A DNA stretch of 64,000 bases from the human T2T-CHM13v2.0 reference genome, Homo sapiens. Numbering within the stretch: the first letter of the stretch is position 1; each line of letters opens with the position of its first letter. The translations under genes and the position numbers were made by a program. Shown here in pieces: positions 1 to 22,007 of this stretch. The stretch lies in assembly GCF_009914755.1 (NCBI RefSeq), contig NC_060928.1; one strand, written 5' to 3'. The notes under the pieces are model-generated. The model saw nothing but the letters and a program-made list of their open reading frames with translations, did not search any database and had not been told where the DNA came from.

Positions 1-471
1 GGAGTTTAGGAGCCCAAATTAAGGTCAGATTTCAATGTCTCCATTTCTTAACTAACCAGACACCAAATAATGTCTTTCCAAACAGCATAGATAATATTTT
101 CTTGGAGCCTGGAAAATAAATGTCAATACTTGTGGTAGTTTCTGAAAATTTAAAAGTGCTAGCCCCAGTAAATATATACTGGGGAAGAAGGCAATATAAC
201 CCAGGCCAATAAATATTCATCAAAAATGCTCACAGAGAAAATATGTGGGAATATGAATGTTTTGATTCAGAAGAAGAAAGTAACTTGATGCTAAGATCAA
301 GCTGGGATAAGACTTTAGCTTAGGCCTTGCCTGGCTGCCTATGATGGCTGGTGCTGCTCACTATTACCTGAGAAGTCTGGGTCAGGCACAAAACTCATAT
401 ACTTCTAGTGGGATGGAAATGCACTCCACAGATCTAAAACAGCCTTCTTTTTACTACCATAATAAATTGGA

Positions 472-785
472 GGCCAGACATGGTGGCCCAGCCCTGTAAT
501 CCTAGCACTGTGGGATGCCAAGGCAGAAGGATTGCTTGAGGCCCAGAGTTCAAGACCCAGCCTAGGTAACATAGTAAGATAGATCTCTAAAAAAAAACTT
601 TTAAAAAAGAATTAGCCAGCCACAGTGGTGTGCACCTGTGGTCCCAGCTGTTTGGGAGGCTGAGGTGGGAAGATCACTCGAGCCCAGGAGTTTACCGCTT
701 CAGTGAGCCATGATTGCACCACTATACCCCAGCCTGGGCAACAAAGTGAGAACCTGTCTCTAAAAATAAGTAGATAAATAAAAAT
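472..785 (+). mobile_element. Alu (AluJ-like)
   Basis: Dimeric Alu with A-rich linker and tail. Confidence 0.92.
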
Positions 786-786
786 A

Positions 787-1693
<907 letters not shown>

Positions 1694-1864
1694 TAGATAT
1701 ATTGTTCTAAAGATGATCAGCATTGATAATCCAAGGCTAAAATTTTCCAAATTCATCAAGGAATGATTCACACTTCAATGCCTGCTTCCACAAAGGCTAC
1801 TACAGTGGGAGCTCAGCACTTGCCACCTACGAGGCTCATTGAAGTCCCTATTTCTGAGCCCTAG

Positions 1865-2369
1865 TGTGATGATTAATTAATTTTATGGATCAACTTGGCC
1901 AAGCCACAGTATCTACATATTTGGTCAAACATTATTCTAGATGTTTCTCTGAAGCTATTTTTTAGATGAGGTTAACATTTAAATTAGTAGACTTTGAGTA
2001 AAGCAGACTGTTCTCCATAATGCAGTGGGCTTCATCCACTCAGCTGAAGACATTAGTAGAAAAGACTGCCCTCCCTGGGAGAAGGTGGATTTCGGACCAA
2101 AGTTCAATTCTTCCCTGCATCTCCAGCCTGCCAGCCCACCCCTGCAGATTTTAGACTTGCTGGCTTCCACAGTCACATAAGTCAATTCCTTAAAATAATG
2201 TCTCTCTGTCCCTGTGTTTCTCTCTTTCTCTTTCTCAAGATATAGATCTAGATTAGATATAGATATAGATTAGATATATAGATACACGCATTTACAACAG
2301 GATGAATATACATATACATACATATACATCCTGTTGATTCTGTTTCTCTGAAGGACCATGACTAATAGA
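1865..2369 (+). mobile_element. MLT2-family (ERVL) solo LTR with internal GATATA-type simple repeat
   Basis: TGTGATG...TTTGGTCAAACATTATTCTAGATGTTTCT...GACTAATAGA; 5-bp TSD CCTAG on both sides. Confidence 0.85.
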
Positions 2370-4608
2370 CCTAGTTAGAATTACAGAACTGACATTGACA
2401 CCAAAGGACCTAAAAGAGCATCTGCAAAGCTGCATGCAGGCTGTCTTTCTAGGCCTGCGAAATTTAACCACAGGCATTTCACAGGTATCTGCAATACAAC
2501 AGGTACCAAACCAAGAGACAAAAATTCAAATTCTGCCTGTGCCACTTGTTAGCTGTGTGGCTTCAGGAGGTTATCTTACCTGCCTGTGCCTTGGTGTCCT
2601 CATCTGTCAAAGAATAATGGTATCCGCCGCATAAGGTTATCATATGGATGAAATAAGTTACTACACGGAAGGTATTTAGAGGTATGCCTGCCACCAAGTA
2701 AGTCTTCATTAGAGGTTGTCATAATCCTCTCAAACACCATCTGCTTCTGCTTTCCCTTGTACTCCTGTAGGAATGTTCCAACCATATAGATATAATACCT
2801 AAAACCTCATTTTATCTTCATCTTCTTCCTTCCCCTCACCAACCCCCTTACACTCACAACCTATGGATTCATTGATTCTACATTCCCAATGTCTTCTTTA
2901 TTTGTGCTTTATTTACCCAGTCTTCTATACTTCCCGACCACTTATTCTGGGCCTGACACTGGGTTTGGAAGTATTGTGGATACAAAAATAAGTAAATACT
3001 GGAAAGTGGAGGGGACTTTGCGGTCCTATTGCCCTGGCTTTGGTCATCTTCAATGCTATCCCTTGGATTATTGATGGAGCTTTTTAAGCAGTTTTCCAAC
3101 TCTCCCCCTCAATCCATCCTTCATAGTGATGCTTCCCCAAACTCAGGTCAAATTGCTTCTCTTGGCCTCTAGAATAAAGTCCATGACTGTCCCCAAACAA
3201 TCTTTATTTTCTTGTCTCCCAGTGTTATTCTCCACAGCGGGCCTCTGACCACTCCCCAGGAACACTGTGCTCCTCTGTGCCCCGTGACTGTGCTCCTGCA
3301 GCTGGTGCATTCCTCTGATCACCTGCCCGATGTCTTCCTTGACCTTCCCAGTCAGGAGTAACTGTTTTTCTCTCTCATAGTTCTTGTCCTTCCATTTGAC
3401 ATCCCAGCTGTCATTGTTTATGTAGCTGAACCCTGGCTTGAGCCCAGGCTGCCTTCACTCCAGGATCCAGGCAGGACCTGGCCAAGTCTGGAGGGCTCCC
3501 AGGGTGGGTCTGCCAAGGTTCTACTTACATGAGGGTCTGAGAAGCCTCTTGGGAAATGAACTCATCCTGAGGGAAGAGAGGGCCAAGTCACACTAACACG
3601 TTCCAAGGAAAGTCAGCCAGTGTCAGAAGAAGGGATAATTTCTAGTACGGCATGGTGTCTGCCACTCAGCTTGTCCTTGGCCACGTTCACAGGGATGCAT
3701 GCCTGAGTCATGGAGTCATCCATTTGCATTTAACAAAATATTTATTGAGTGGCTAATATGGACCAGGCTCTGCACTGGACATAGGCAGCAGCAGATGAAA
3801 TAAGAGAGACCCAGTCCCTGACCTCAGGGAGCTTAACTTAAAGTCTAGTGGAAGTTCCAAAAAAAAAAAAAAAGAGGAGTTGCAATATAAAAAGTGAATG
3901 AGTTTTGTTTTTATTTGTCTACTTTTTTTTTTTTTACAATTTTAAGTTTTACAATTTATAATTTGAAGCATTCCTATAAAGCAGGGAAAACACAAAGTAC
4001 CTCTGCTTTGTAATCAATGTGTGAGAGTATAACAGAGTTAGGGATAATGGATGCTTTTTCCTCTTGTGAAAGTGGAGGAAAGCTGTGGGAATAAATGGCT
4101 CAAATGAGCAGTGAGCTGGACCATACAGAGAAAGAGCCGGAGACGGCAGCATTTTCCAGGGTCAGAACATCCGGATGACCAGCAACCTACCACTGCACAG
4201 AGGCAGACACTATGGGGCTGGCAAAGCACTACTGGGAAGAGATGTGCCTAGAAGCCCCACAATTCTGTGTGTGTCACAATCCTGTTTCTGCCTCCAGAGA
4301 ATCTTTAGAAAACCAACGTTTTTTTCATTTCTCATCACAAATTTGTCAGCTCTATGAGGACGGACACTGTGTCTCATTGTTTGGAGAATCAACCAGGAAA
4401 AAGCCAAAAGTAGGCATGAAACAAAGTTTTAGTAAATTAAAATGAATATAAAGAACTTTTCCTTTAAGTAAAATAGACAATGTATACAAGTGAATAGAGG
4501 AAGAAATGTAAAGATTGCTTATAATTGAGTGTGTTTTTTTTCTCCCTTATTATAAAGCAAATTTGGCATTCATTCTTCATTCCACTTTGGAGGCTTAAGT
4601 TACAATTA

Positions 4609-4954
<346 letters not shown>

Positions 4955-4977
4955 TTATATAAAAATAATACATTCTA

Positions 4978-5275
<298 letters not shown>

Positions 5276-6479
5276 AATACATCCTCATGCTGAAAAAAAT
5301 AACACCTGGTGAAGGATGGAGAGGGGAAAGTAAAAGTGAATATCACACAAACACATGGTGGAATGTTCCATGGCAGGATGGAAGTAAATTACATCATTTG
5401 GAAGTTTCAAAATAATCTTTCTTTTCCTACGTCACTATACTTCAAGCAGCATATAATAATTTCCCATAGCCTGGAAGAGAGATGGAAATAAGAACAGAGC
5501 AATAATGTGACATTCTCACGGTCATACAAGCCAGTAGGCTTCCATAATCCAGACTCATGTACGAGTCAGCCGGATTTCCAGACAAAACGATTTGATCACT
5601 GGTCCATCAACCAGAGCCTTGGCCCCTCTGAAGTTGCTCATCACAATCACCACCTTAGCACACTAGAATTTGTAAGTGAGAAGGAAGGTGGTAGCAATAG
5701 CCAGTCAACAGGGACTACAAGTTCATTTCACATTTGTTTTCTGAGAAAGCAACAAAAGAAAAATTTCAATTATGAAGATAGAGGATGTTGGTTTTTATTC
5801 ATTGTCTGCTTGTACAATCACAGAGAAACAGGGCGCTGTGGGGAAAGGAAACAGAAGTGCTAAACCTGCTTCACTGCTTAGTAGCTGGATGACCTACAGC
5901 CAATCATTTTGCTTTCTGAGCTGCGGTTTTCAGCCAAAAAATAAATAATAATGATAATTCCTACCCCGCCTGGCTCACAAAACTGTTTCTGTTTTTGAAA
6001 ATTCTAAACAGTGATAGACATGGATGGTATGAAGCCTACATGACTCTGCAGTATTTTACCAAAGGGTCTCAGACATTTTCTCACTGTAGTTCTCCCGACA
6101 GCCTCTCGAACATGCCGCAACCTAAACTTAACCCCCACTGCTTCATACTGTCACATCATCCTTCCTCCAGCAGGATTCTCTTATGGCTGGGAAAACTGCT
6201 GAATACCCACAGATCACTCAGCACAAGGTCGAGGGCTGACTGTCAGCAAGAAGGAAAGGCAGACTGAAGAAATGAAGACCACATGAAAGGAAAGCACTTT
6301 GCTTTCATGGCTCTGCCTATAAAGTCCACATGAAGGTCAGTATGACAAAAAAAGCTCTGGCTGCTAGAGCAAGGATGGTGGAAGATGCAGAATATTTGCT
6401 AGTGTAACACACAGAGGAGAAGTGGTCCCAAGAAAAATCCAGGTGAGTGTAATGTCCTGGAGCTAGGCCACAAGCGTCC

Positions 6480-6780
6480 CTAGATGTGACCTCGAGCAAA
6501 TCGGTCTTTCTATGCCTCAATTTCCTCATCTGCAAAGAGAAGTTTATGATAACGGCACCTACTCCATAGGCTGTTGTGAGGATTCCATGAATAAACATGG
6601 ATAGAGTGCTCACTTTGGCAGCACATATACTAAAATTGGAATGATAAGAGAAGATGATTAGCATGGCCCCTGCTGAAGGATGACACACAAGTTCATGAAG
6701 CATTACATATTTTTTACCAAAAAAAAAATGTTTAAATGAAAATAAAAATATTAAATATGGATGGAGTACTTAGCACAGGG
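6480..6780 (+). mobile_element. MIR split by the U6 retrocopy
   Basis: MIR core GCCTCAATTTCCTCATCTG...GTTGTGAGGATT before the insert, resuming TACTTAGCACAG after it. Confidence 0.75.
6606..6715 (+). pseudogene. U6 snRNA processed pseudogene
   Basis: GTGCTCaCTTtGGCAGCACATATACTAAAATTGGAA...TTAGCATGGCCCCTGC...CATATTTTT covers the full U6 length; A-rich tail 6719-6750; degenerate TSD TAAACATGGATAGA / TAAATATGGATGGA; ACAGAGA box damaged. Confidence 0.95.
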
Positions 6781-7377
6781 GTGGTGGTGATTTTGATCAT
6801 ATCTGCCAATGCTCCTGCATAAAGCTAAGAGATAGAATGGGACAGAGAAAAATATGCCCCAGGAAAAGGCAGCAGAACTCTGCTTTCTGCAGAAGGCACA
6901 ATAAAGGAAGTCAGGCTTCTTCAAGGTCAGGCAACACAGAGGTCTTACAATAGCAAATTAAAAACACCAAGAGTCCAGCTTATTGAAATAGGATCATCCT
7001 TAGACTGTGAACTTTGTACAATTTCATTCAGATAGACTGAGAAGTCCTAGCAATTTCTATTAAAATTCTCATAAAGGAAAGAACCCATTCCAGTGCACAC
7101 AAGGATGGGATTCAGAGGAGTGAGGCATTGACAAGAGGCTTTGAGACAATGCAATGCTAGGGCCAAAAAAGAAAATTTATCAGGGTAGATGGAGCCAGGG
7201 CAGAATGAATCCTTCTGGCCTCTCTCCACTGAAGGGCTTACTGATTTCACAGTGAGGAAAAACAAGTTAATAGTAGACCAATGTTCTTCACAGGCTTATA
7301 TTACTACATTTGCCTAAGCTGACTGTCTAGTAAAGTACTCATAGCTCATTCTATACTGTGGGTTCATCAATGAATTC

Positions 7378-7683
7378 TTCTCTTTCTTTTTTTTTTTTTT
7401 GAGACAGAGTCTCACTCTGTCACCCAGGCTGGAGTTCAGTGGTGCAGTCTGGGCTCACTGCAACCTCTGCCCCCCAGGCTCAAGTGATTCTCGTGCCTCA
7501 GCCTCCAGAAGTAGCTGGGATTACAGGCATGTGCCACCACACCCAGCTAATTTTTGTATTTGTAGTAGAGACGAGATTTCACCATGTTAGCCAGGCTGGT
7601 CTCAAATTCCTGGCCTCAAGTGATGCTTTCGCCTCGGTCTCCCAAAGTGCTGAGATTACAGGCATGAGCCACCGCATCTGGCC
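7378..7683 (-). mobile_element. Alu
   Basis: Antisense Alu with polyT; TSD TGAATTCTT. Confidence 0.92.
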
Positions 7684-8874
7684 TGAATTCTTTTCATTCA
7701 TTAATTCATTCATCAGATATTTATGGATTGCTACAGAACACCATGTCCTGTGCTCAGGAATGAGAATCCAGTGCTCACAACTTACTGGGGGAGATAGAAT
7801 GTAAGCAACTGTTACACTGCAGACTCAAGTTCGACAGAAGTGATAAGTTCCCAAGGATCCCAAGGATAGAGGACCACTGGATTGGCTAGAGGGATAGATT
7901 GTAAAGGGCCTTAAAGCCTTGTTAAGAAGTTTGGATTTTATTTTGAGGGCAATGGAAGGCCATAGAAAGATATACTGACTTAAATGCTCTACTGGTATTG
8001 TTATAAATGATCGCTCTGGGTGAACCCTGAAAATCTCATCCTGACACTGGCACCCAGAATGAACTGAATTAAAATCTCCCCTTGGAAAATCATTAACATC
8101 CAAAGATGATTCCTTTTGAGTACGGCTCTAAGTTACACTCTCCTCACCCAAAAGCTGTACAGAGGTAGCCAACAGCCTCTCTGCAGTTCAGGAAAGAAAT
8201 AAAACAGTGACCCAGAAATCCTCAATCTTAAAAATATATATATTGGAATCATATTTAGGCAAGCAATGTTTTCATTCACTGTAAGATGTCTAAGATTATT
8301 CAAGATCAGAGGTGCCCAAGTCCAGTCAACTACTAAAATTTTAATGGCAAAAGGAAGGAATTTGAGTCATTTTGTGGTAAAAAATAAAAATACAGCATGC
8401 TGGATAGAGGCCAGCCCCTCATTGTAACAATCAGGGCACTGCTCTTCCTACATTTGAGGAATAGTGTCAAAATTCATGCCGGAATGTTTATTTTATTTTC
8501 TAAAACTGTTTTTAGAATGCTTTCTCTGTGTTAGCCATAAAGTCTCTACAAGGACACGGTTTAGCGGCAGCAACCCGGTTGGAAGAGATTTGTCATGAAG
8601 CTGCCTTTGGATAGCTAGTAGCCTGTATTCAGATTACATGTGTATTTGTAGTGGTGTGGAGATTATAGAGAGGAAACTAAAATACTCCTATAATGCTTGT
8701 GACATGCCACCTCTACCCCAACAAGAAATGTGATATATTTCACTCAGGGTAATAAACCTACGAGGGTGATAAAGATTACTGATGGGAGCCTTGAAGAAGT
8801 TACAGAAGATGGATCTTTGTCCCTCTAGAACCTTTAGGATTAAGGGTTCCCTTGTAACAGGGAGGGGGGAAATA

Positions 8875-9274
8875 TGTCAGAGGTGTTTGAACCAGAGTGA
8901 CTATAGAACTGGGTAAAATAAGGCTGAGCCCTACTGGGCTGCATTCCCAGAAAGTTTAGGCATTCTAAGTCACAGGATGAGACAGGAGGTCACTAAAACC
9001 TTGCTGATAAAACAGGTTGCAGTAAAGAAGTTGCCTAAAACCCACCAAAACCAAGATGGTGACAAAAATGGCCTCTGGTCGTCCTCACTGCTCATTATAC
9101 ACTAGACACTCTCAATAGTGCCATGACAGCTTACAAATGCCATGGCAATGTCACGAAGTTACCCTATATGGTCTAAAAAGTGGAGGAACCCTCAGTTCTT
9201 GGAATTGCCCTCCCCTTTCCAGGAAAACTCACGAACAATCCACACCTTGTTTAGTATATAATCAAGAAATAACT
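8875..9274 (+). mobile_element. MER41-family ERV1 LTR, 5' part (split by the L1)
   Basis: Begins TGTCAGAGGTGTTTGAACCAGAG; matches recalled MER41 consensus; preceded by PPT-like GGGAGGGGGGAAATA, so probably a 3' LTR with some internal sequence upstream. Confidence 0.88.
9196..9225. promoter_or_regulatory. Tandem GAS (STAT) motifs in MER41
   Basis: TTCTTGGAA 9196-9204 and TTCCAGGAA 9217-9225, both TTCN3GAA, at the position of the known MER41 STAT1 sites. Confidence 0.6.
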
Positions 9275-15404
<6,130 letters not shown>

Positions 15405-15405
15405 G

Positions 15406-15553
15406 ATTGTTCACACCTCATTCAACAATAATTTTTCTGACTAACAACCATTTTTCTCACTATGTCTCAGCAACAAGTCCTATGGCTTTCCTTTAGTAAT
15501 TTTTGTTTGTTATATGTTTTTAATAAAATTTTATGTTTCCAAAAAAAAAAAAA
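15406..15553 (+). other. L1 3' transduction: non-L1 sequence with its own polyA signal and tail
   Basis: Lies between the L1 tail and the right TSD; AATAAA 15522-15527, A13 at 15541-15553. Confidence 0.8.
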
Positions 15554-15654
15554 GTAACTATAAGTATACACAATTGAGCAGCCCATGTCACTGCTCTACC
15601 TATGGAGTAGCCATTCTTTATTCCTTTGCTTTCTTAATAAACTTGCTTTCATTT
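15554..15654 (+). mobile_element. MER41-family LTR continuation, 3'-truncated
   Basis: GAGCAGCCC...CTGCTCTACCTATGGAGTAGCCATTCTTTATTCC...AATAAACTTGCTTTCA resumes the LTR where the L1 interrupted it. Confidence 0.85.
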
Positions 15655-16539
15655 AAAATATGTGCATATATATATATAACTGAAGGGGAAATTAAGGCCT
15701 AGGTACTGAAAGGAAATGTAACTGTACTTAAGTCATTTTGCCCATTGATACCTTCTTCTAATTCTCTGGGGGTAATTTCTGCAACTTGGAATGAAATGAA
15801 AGAATAAATGCCATGGCAATGTCAGGAAGTTAACCCATCATACCCGTTACCTATAGGTATGACATATTGTTTGAACCAAATATGAGGTATAATTTCAGGA
15901 GCACTGAGAGACCTCACTTCATCTGTCTCCACCCTCCAAGTCCTGCCAGGGTGCTAAAAATTGCCACATTTTTTCACTCTTTTGAGATAAGTCTTTAAAC
16001 TACTATGAAATGCATATTTCATCTGGGAGGGGCAGCACTCTGAGTCATTAATAATAACAATTACTCGAATGACTTCATCGAGTTATCTGGCCTGTTTCTG
16101 GGCAGTCTCCAGGGTAGTAGTGAGGGTGCTTTTGATCCTGGAGAAAAAGCCAGAGGACGTCTGAAAGACAGACTCTGGGTGTGGACCCAGGAAGACAGTG
16201 AAAGGACCTTGCTACTTCCCCATTTTTCTAAGACTGGCCTGGTCTCATTGTTTGAGAGGTGTAGGATGAGATCATGAGAATTATTCTGGCTACAGCTAAT
16301 TGCTTTATTGTAAACTTCAGGCTGTATGAAGAGGCTGGATTAAGTGTTGTGGTTACACACTCACCAACTATGTGAATTTGTATGTCTTACTTAAATTCTT
16401 GGATCCTCAGTTTCCCACCTGTTATGTAGGAATAAAAACACATGCTTCACTTAACTCAGAGAGCTCCTGTGAAAATTGGGTAAATTAATGAATGTGAAAG
16501 TATATTGCAAATAAAAGAGGGTTATGCAAAGGACCATGC

Positions 16540-17385
<846 letters not shown>

Positions 17386-18363
17386 AGAACCATGTTATTC
17401 CTGATTTAAACCCTCCAGTGGCACCCTCTTGCCCACCAAATAAAGTCCACACTCTGCCCAGTAGCATCCAAAGCTCTCATCACCTGGTCTCTTGCTCTAT
17501 CCATCCTGGATTACTAGAAGCTCCCTAAGCAGACTGTCATGTTCATCTGTCGTTCTTGCCTGCCCAACATCTGCTTTTCCTTCTTCTGCAGATATCACCC
17601 ATTTCCCTTCAGGAAACAGCAGCCAATGCACCTTCAGTTTCTGTGGTTTGCTTAGGGCTGCCTGGCCATACTCACTTTCAGGACTGGGCATAGGATTCAA
17701 GTCAGTTCAATCAGAGATAACTAGAAGCTTTAACCTGAACCATTAGAAGAAAATAAACTATCATTCTGCTGGGGCATCTCAGAGCCTACATTTAATATTG
17801 AGTGTTTGTGGCCATCCCCACTACCTCCTGGGAAGAACATGCCTAAATGAAGTCAACAGAGTAGAAAGTAGTGTTAAGAGAAGGCAAGAAATTTGGGCCA
17901 AACAACATCCATGGAATGCTTGAATCCAGCTGAATCTGTATTTCCCACCCTCTCTGATTTTTGAGTTATAGGATCCAATAAATTCACTCTTTATGCACAA
18001 GCCGAGTTAAATTGGTCTTCTATTATCTTCTAACTGTCACACACAGGGAGGATGCTTTTCTATGCTTCATTCTGTTTCTTCCCCTCACTATGCCCTAGCA
18101 GTGTGACGAGCACGTTCTCACTCTTCAAGATCCAGTTTTCGTACTAATACCACCTCTCTATGAAACCTTTCTACATCATTCTTCAATTTCATCCTACTTA
18201 GAAAAGGACCCACTTTCCCTGGAGCCCCCACAATACTCTGCACAGGCTTCCATCAGAGTATGAGCCATCCTAATTGTACTTCATTGTCTATGTGTCTGTC
18301 TCAGCCACCAGACTGTAAGCTCCTCGATAAGGGTGTAACTTAGCATCTCCTGCACTTTCCTAG

Positions 18364-18655
18364 TTTTTTGGGGCAGGGAAGACAGGGTCTCACTCTGTCA
18401 CCCAGGCTGGAGTGCAAAGGCACAATCACGGCTCACTGTAGCCTTGACCTCCTAGGCTCAAGGGATCCTCCTGCCTCAGCCTCCTAAATAGTTGGGACTA
18501 CAGGTGCATGCCACTGCCTCCAGCTAATTTTTCTCTTTTCTTGTAGAGAGAAAAGGGAGGACCTAGGTTGGTCTGGAGCTCCTGAGCTCAAGCAATGCTC
18601 CCTCAACAGCCTTCCAAAGTCCTGGAATTACAGATGTGAACCACTGTACCTGGCC
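18364..18655 (-). mobile_element. Alu (AluJ-like, degraded)
   Basis: Antisense Alu consensus match. Confidence 0.88.
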
Positions 18656-19090
18656 CCAAATTCTTGTTGAATGAAAAAGACATCAAAACAGAAGGGCGTA
18701 GTGGGTAGAGGAATGATACCAACAAGTAGGCAAGAAAGCACAGGCGGAACTGGGGGCAAGTATCTAGTTTGGAACAGAACTGAGCCAAAGTAAGATGGAG
18801 GAAGGGTGATACCCAGGCAAATGCGATGCACACTCCAGACACTTGCACTGCTCTAGAAGCCGTCCTTTCTCTCTCTCACATCTCCTTCATCCACCACCTT
18901 GGATCTTTGCAGGTTCACTTTTTGTATTAAAACCCCCATGTGGCAGAGACAGCTAGTCATGCTTCAGTATCTGTTCTCTTCTCCTATGGAACTAGAACCC
19001 CTGATAAAGCTACATTTCCCAGTCTCCCATGCAGCTTGGTGTGGCCATAGGACCATTTTGTAACCAATGTAATTTGAGCTGAAGTGGAGC

Positions 19091-19491
19091 TAATGTAGTT
19101 TGAATATATGTCCCCACCAAGTCTCATGCAGAACTGTAATCCACAAGGTTGGAAGTGGAGCCTGGTGGGAGGTGTTTGGGTCAGGGGGGTGGATCCCTCA
19201 TGGCTTAGTGCTGTCCTTGAGATAGTCAGTGAGTTCTCACAGATCTGGTTGTTTAAGCATGTGGCACCTTCCCCCACCACCCTCTCTCTCTCTTGCCCCC
19301 ATCGTGTGAGATACCTGGTCCTTCTTCAACTTCCACCATGATTGTAAATTTCCTGAGGCCTCCCCCAAAGCGGATGCCAGCGCTAGGCTTCCTGTACAGA
19401 CTGCAGAACCAAGAGCCAATTAAACCTCTTTTCTTATAAGTTACCCGGTCTCAGGTATTTCCTTATAGTAAGGCAAGAACAGCTTAATACA
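19091..19491 (+). mobile_element. MST-family MaLR solo LTR nested in an older MLT1 element (~18935-20030)
   Basis: GGTGGGAGGTGTTTGGGTCA..GGATCCCTCATG, CCATGATTGTAAATTTCCTGAGGCCTCCCC, ends TAATACA. Confidence 0.85.
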
Positions 19492-19525
19492 GATGCCTAC
19501 AACTTCCTGAAGAGCAGACAATTGT

Positions 19526-19823
19526 CTTTTTTTTTTTTTTTTTTTTTTTTGAGATGGAGTCTTGTTCTGTCGCCCAGGCTGCAGTGCAGTGGCACCATCT
19601 TGGCTCACTGCCTCTGGGGTTGAAGCAATTCTCCTGCCTCAACCTCCTGAGTAGCTGGGATTACAGGTGCATGCTACCACGCCCAGATAATTTTTGTATT
19701 TTTAGTAGAGATGGGGTTTCGCCATGTTGGCCAGGCTGGTCTCGAACTCCTGACCTCAAGTGATCTGCCTGCCTCGGCCTCCCAAAGTGCTGGGATTACA
19801 GGCATGAGCCACCGCGCCCGGCC
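19526..19823 (-). mobile_element. Alu (AluS-like)
   Basis: Antisense Alu with long polyT. Confidence 0.92.
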
Positions 19824-20626
19824 TATAACTGTCTTCTTTCTCATTTTCCCCTTCCCACCAGCCAGATGAGTGAGCCATCCTGGACTATGTCGATGAGGAC
19901 AAAATGAAAGGAGCCTGGTCCCTGAGGCCACCAAACAAGTGCTGGACTATTACACTGGAACAGTTACAGGAGACAAAAAGTAAACTAACTTATTGAAGCC
20001 ACTATTATTTGGGGCTGTCTGTTTCACCTGGCAAATGCTTATCCTTCTATAACCAAGGTGCCCCTCTTCTGGGTCTCTCTTATGTTTTATTTTGTTTTTT
20101 CCTCCTGTTGCTTTCAGTTGAAACTATCAGAATTGGGAGTTTCCAGTAGCCAAAAGGAGTAGTTACAAGTAAAATTCACAGTGGTTTTCCATCTTCTAGT
20201 CTTTCAACTATCTTCAAGCAATCACATATATCCACAAAAATCCCCCATTGCTCTGCATAAACAGATGGGGTCCTAAAGCATATTTGCCTAAAATATATTA
20301 ATGAGATTATCTAATCTGAGTTCTAACAAACCAACAAATCCAAAGTTGTGTATGACATCATTCATTTATAGTACAGTCATGTGTCGTTTAACAACGGGAA
20401 TATTTTCTGAGAAATTCATCATTAGGCAGTTTCATCATTGTGCAAACATCATAGAGGGTACTTACACAAACTTAGATGGTATAGCCTACTACACAGCTAG
20501 CCTGTTTGGTATAGCCTAATGCTCCTGGGCTACAAACCTGTACAGCATGTTACTGTACTGAATACTGTAGGCAACTGTAACACAATGGCAAATATTTATA
20601 TATTTAAACATAGAAAAAATACAGTA

Positions 20627-20930
<304 letters not shown>

Positions 20931-21618
20931 TATGGTAAAAGTACAGTATAAAAGTTTTCTTTTTAATACATAAATTTTCTATAAGAGTACACTTATATAG
21001 GGCACTTACCATGAATGGAGCTTGCAAGAGGGGAAGCTGCTTTGAGCAACTCAGTGAGTGGCAACTGGATGTGAAGGCCTAGGACACTACTGTAGATTAC
21101 CATAGACTTTTTATAACACTCTGCACTTAGGCTACACTAAATATTAAAAAAAAATTCCATCTTCAATAATAATAAATTAACCTTAACTTATTGTAACTTT
21201 TTTACTTTATAAACTTAAATTTTTTAACTTTTTGACTATTTTGTAATAACACTTAGCTTGAAAGATAAACTCATTATACAATGGAACAAAAATATTTTCT
21301 TCTTTTATATTATTATTCTATAAGCTTGTTTCTATTTTTACATTTTATTTTTTACTTTTAAATTTTTTTGTTGAAAACAAAGACACAAACAAACACACAC
21401 ATTAGCCAGGCCTACACACGGTTGGGATCATCACTATCACTGTCTTCCATTTCCACATCTTATCCCACTGGAAGTCTTTGAGGTAAATAACACACAAGGA
21501 GCTGTAGTCATCTTCTATGATAACAATACCTTTTTCTGAGTACCTCCTGAAGGAGCTGCCTTAGGCTATTTTACAGTTAACTTTTTTCTTAGAAGGAATA
21601 TACTCAAAAATAAAAATA

Positions 21619-21644
21619 TCCCTGGTAGTCTAGTGTTTAGGACT
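21619..21644 (+). pseudogene. 5' fragment of tRNA-Glu (tailless tRNA retropseudogene-like)
   Basis: TCCCTGGTaGTCTAGTGtTTAGGA is 22/24 identical to the first 24 nt of tRNA-Glu (TCCCTGGTGGTCTAGTGGTTAGGA), starting at nt 1; interrupts Tigger3. Confidence 0.75.
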
Positions 21645-21652
21645 TTTTAAAA

Positions 21653-22007
<355 letters not shown>

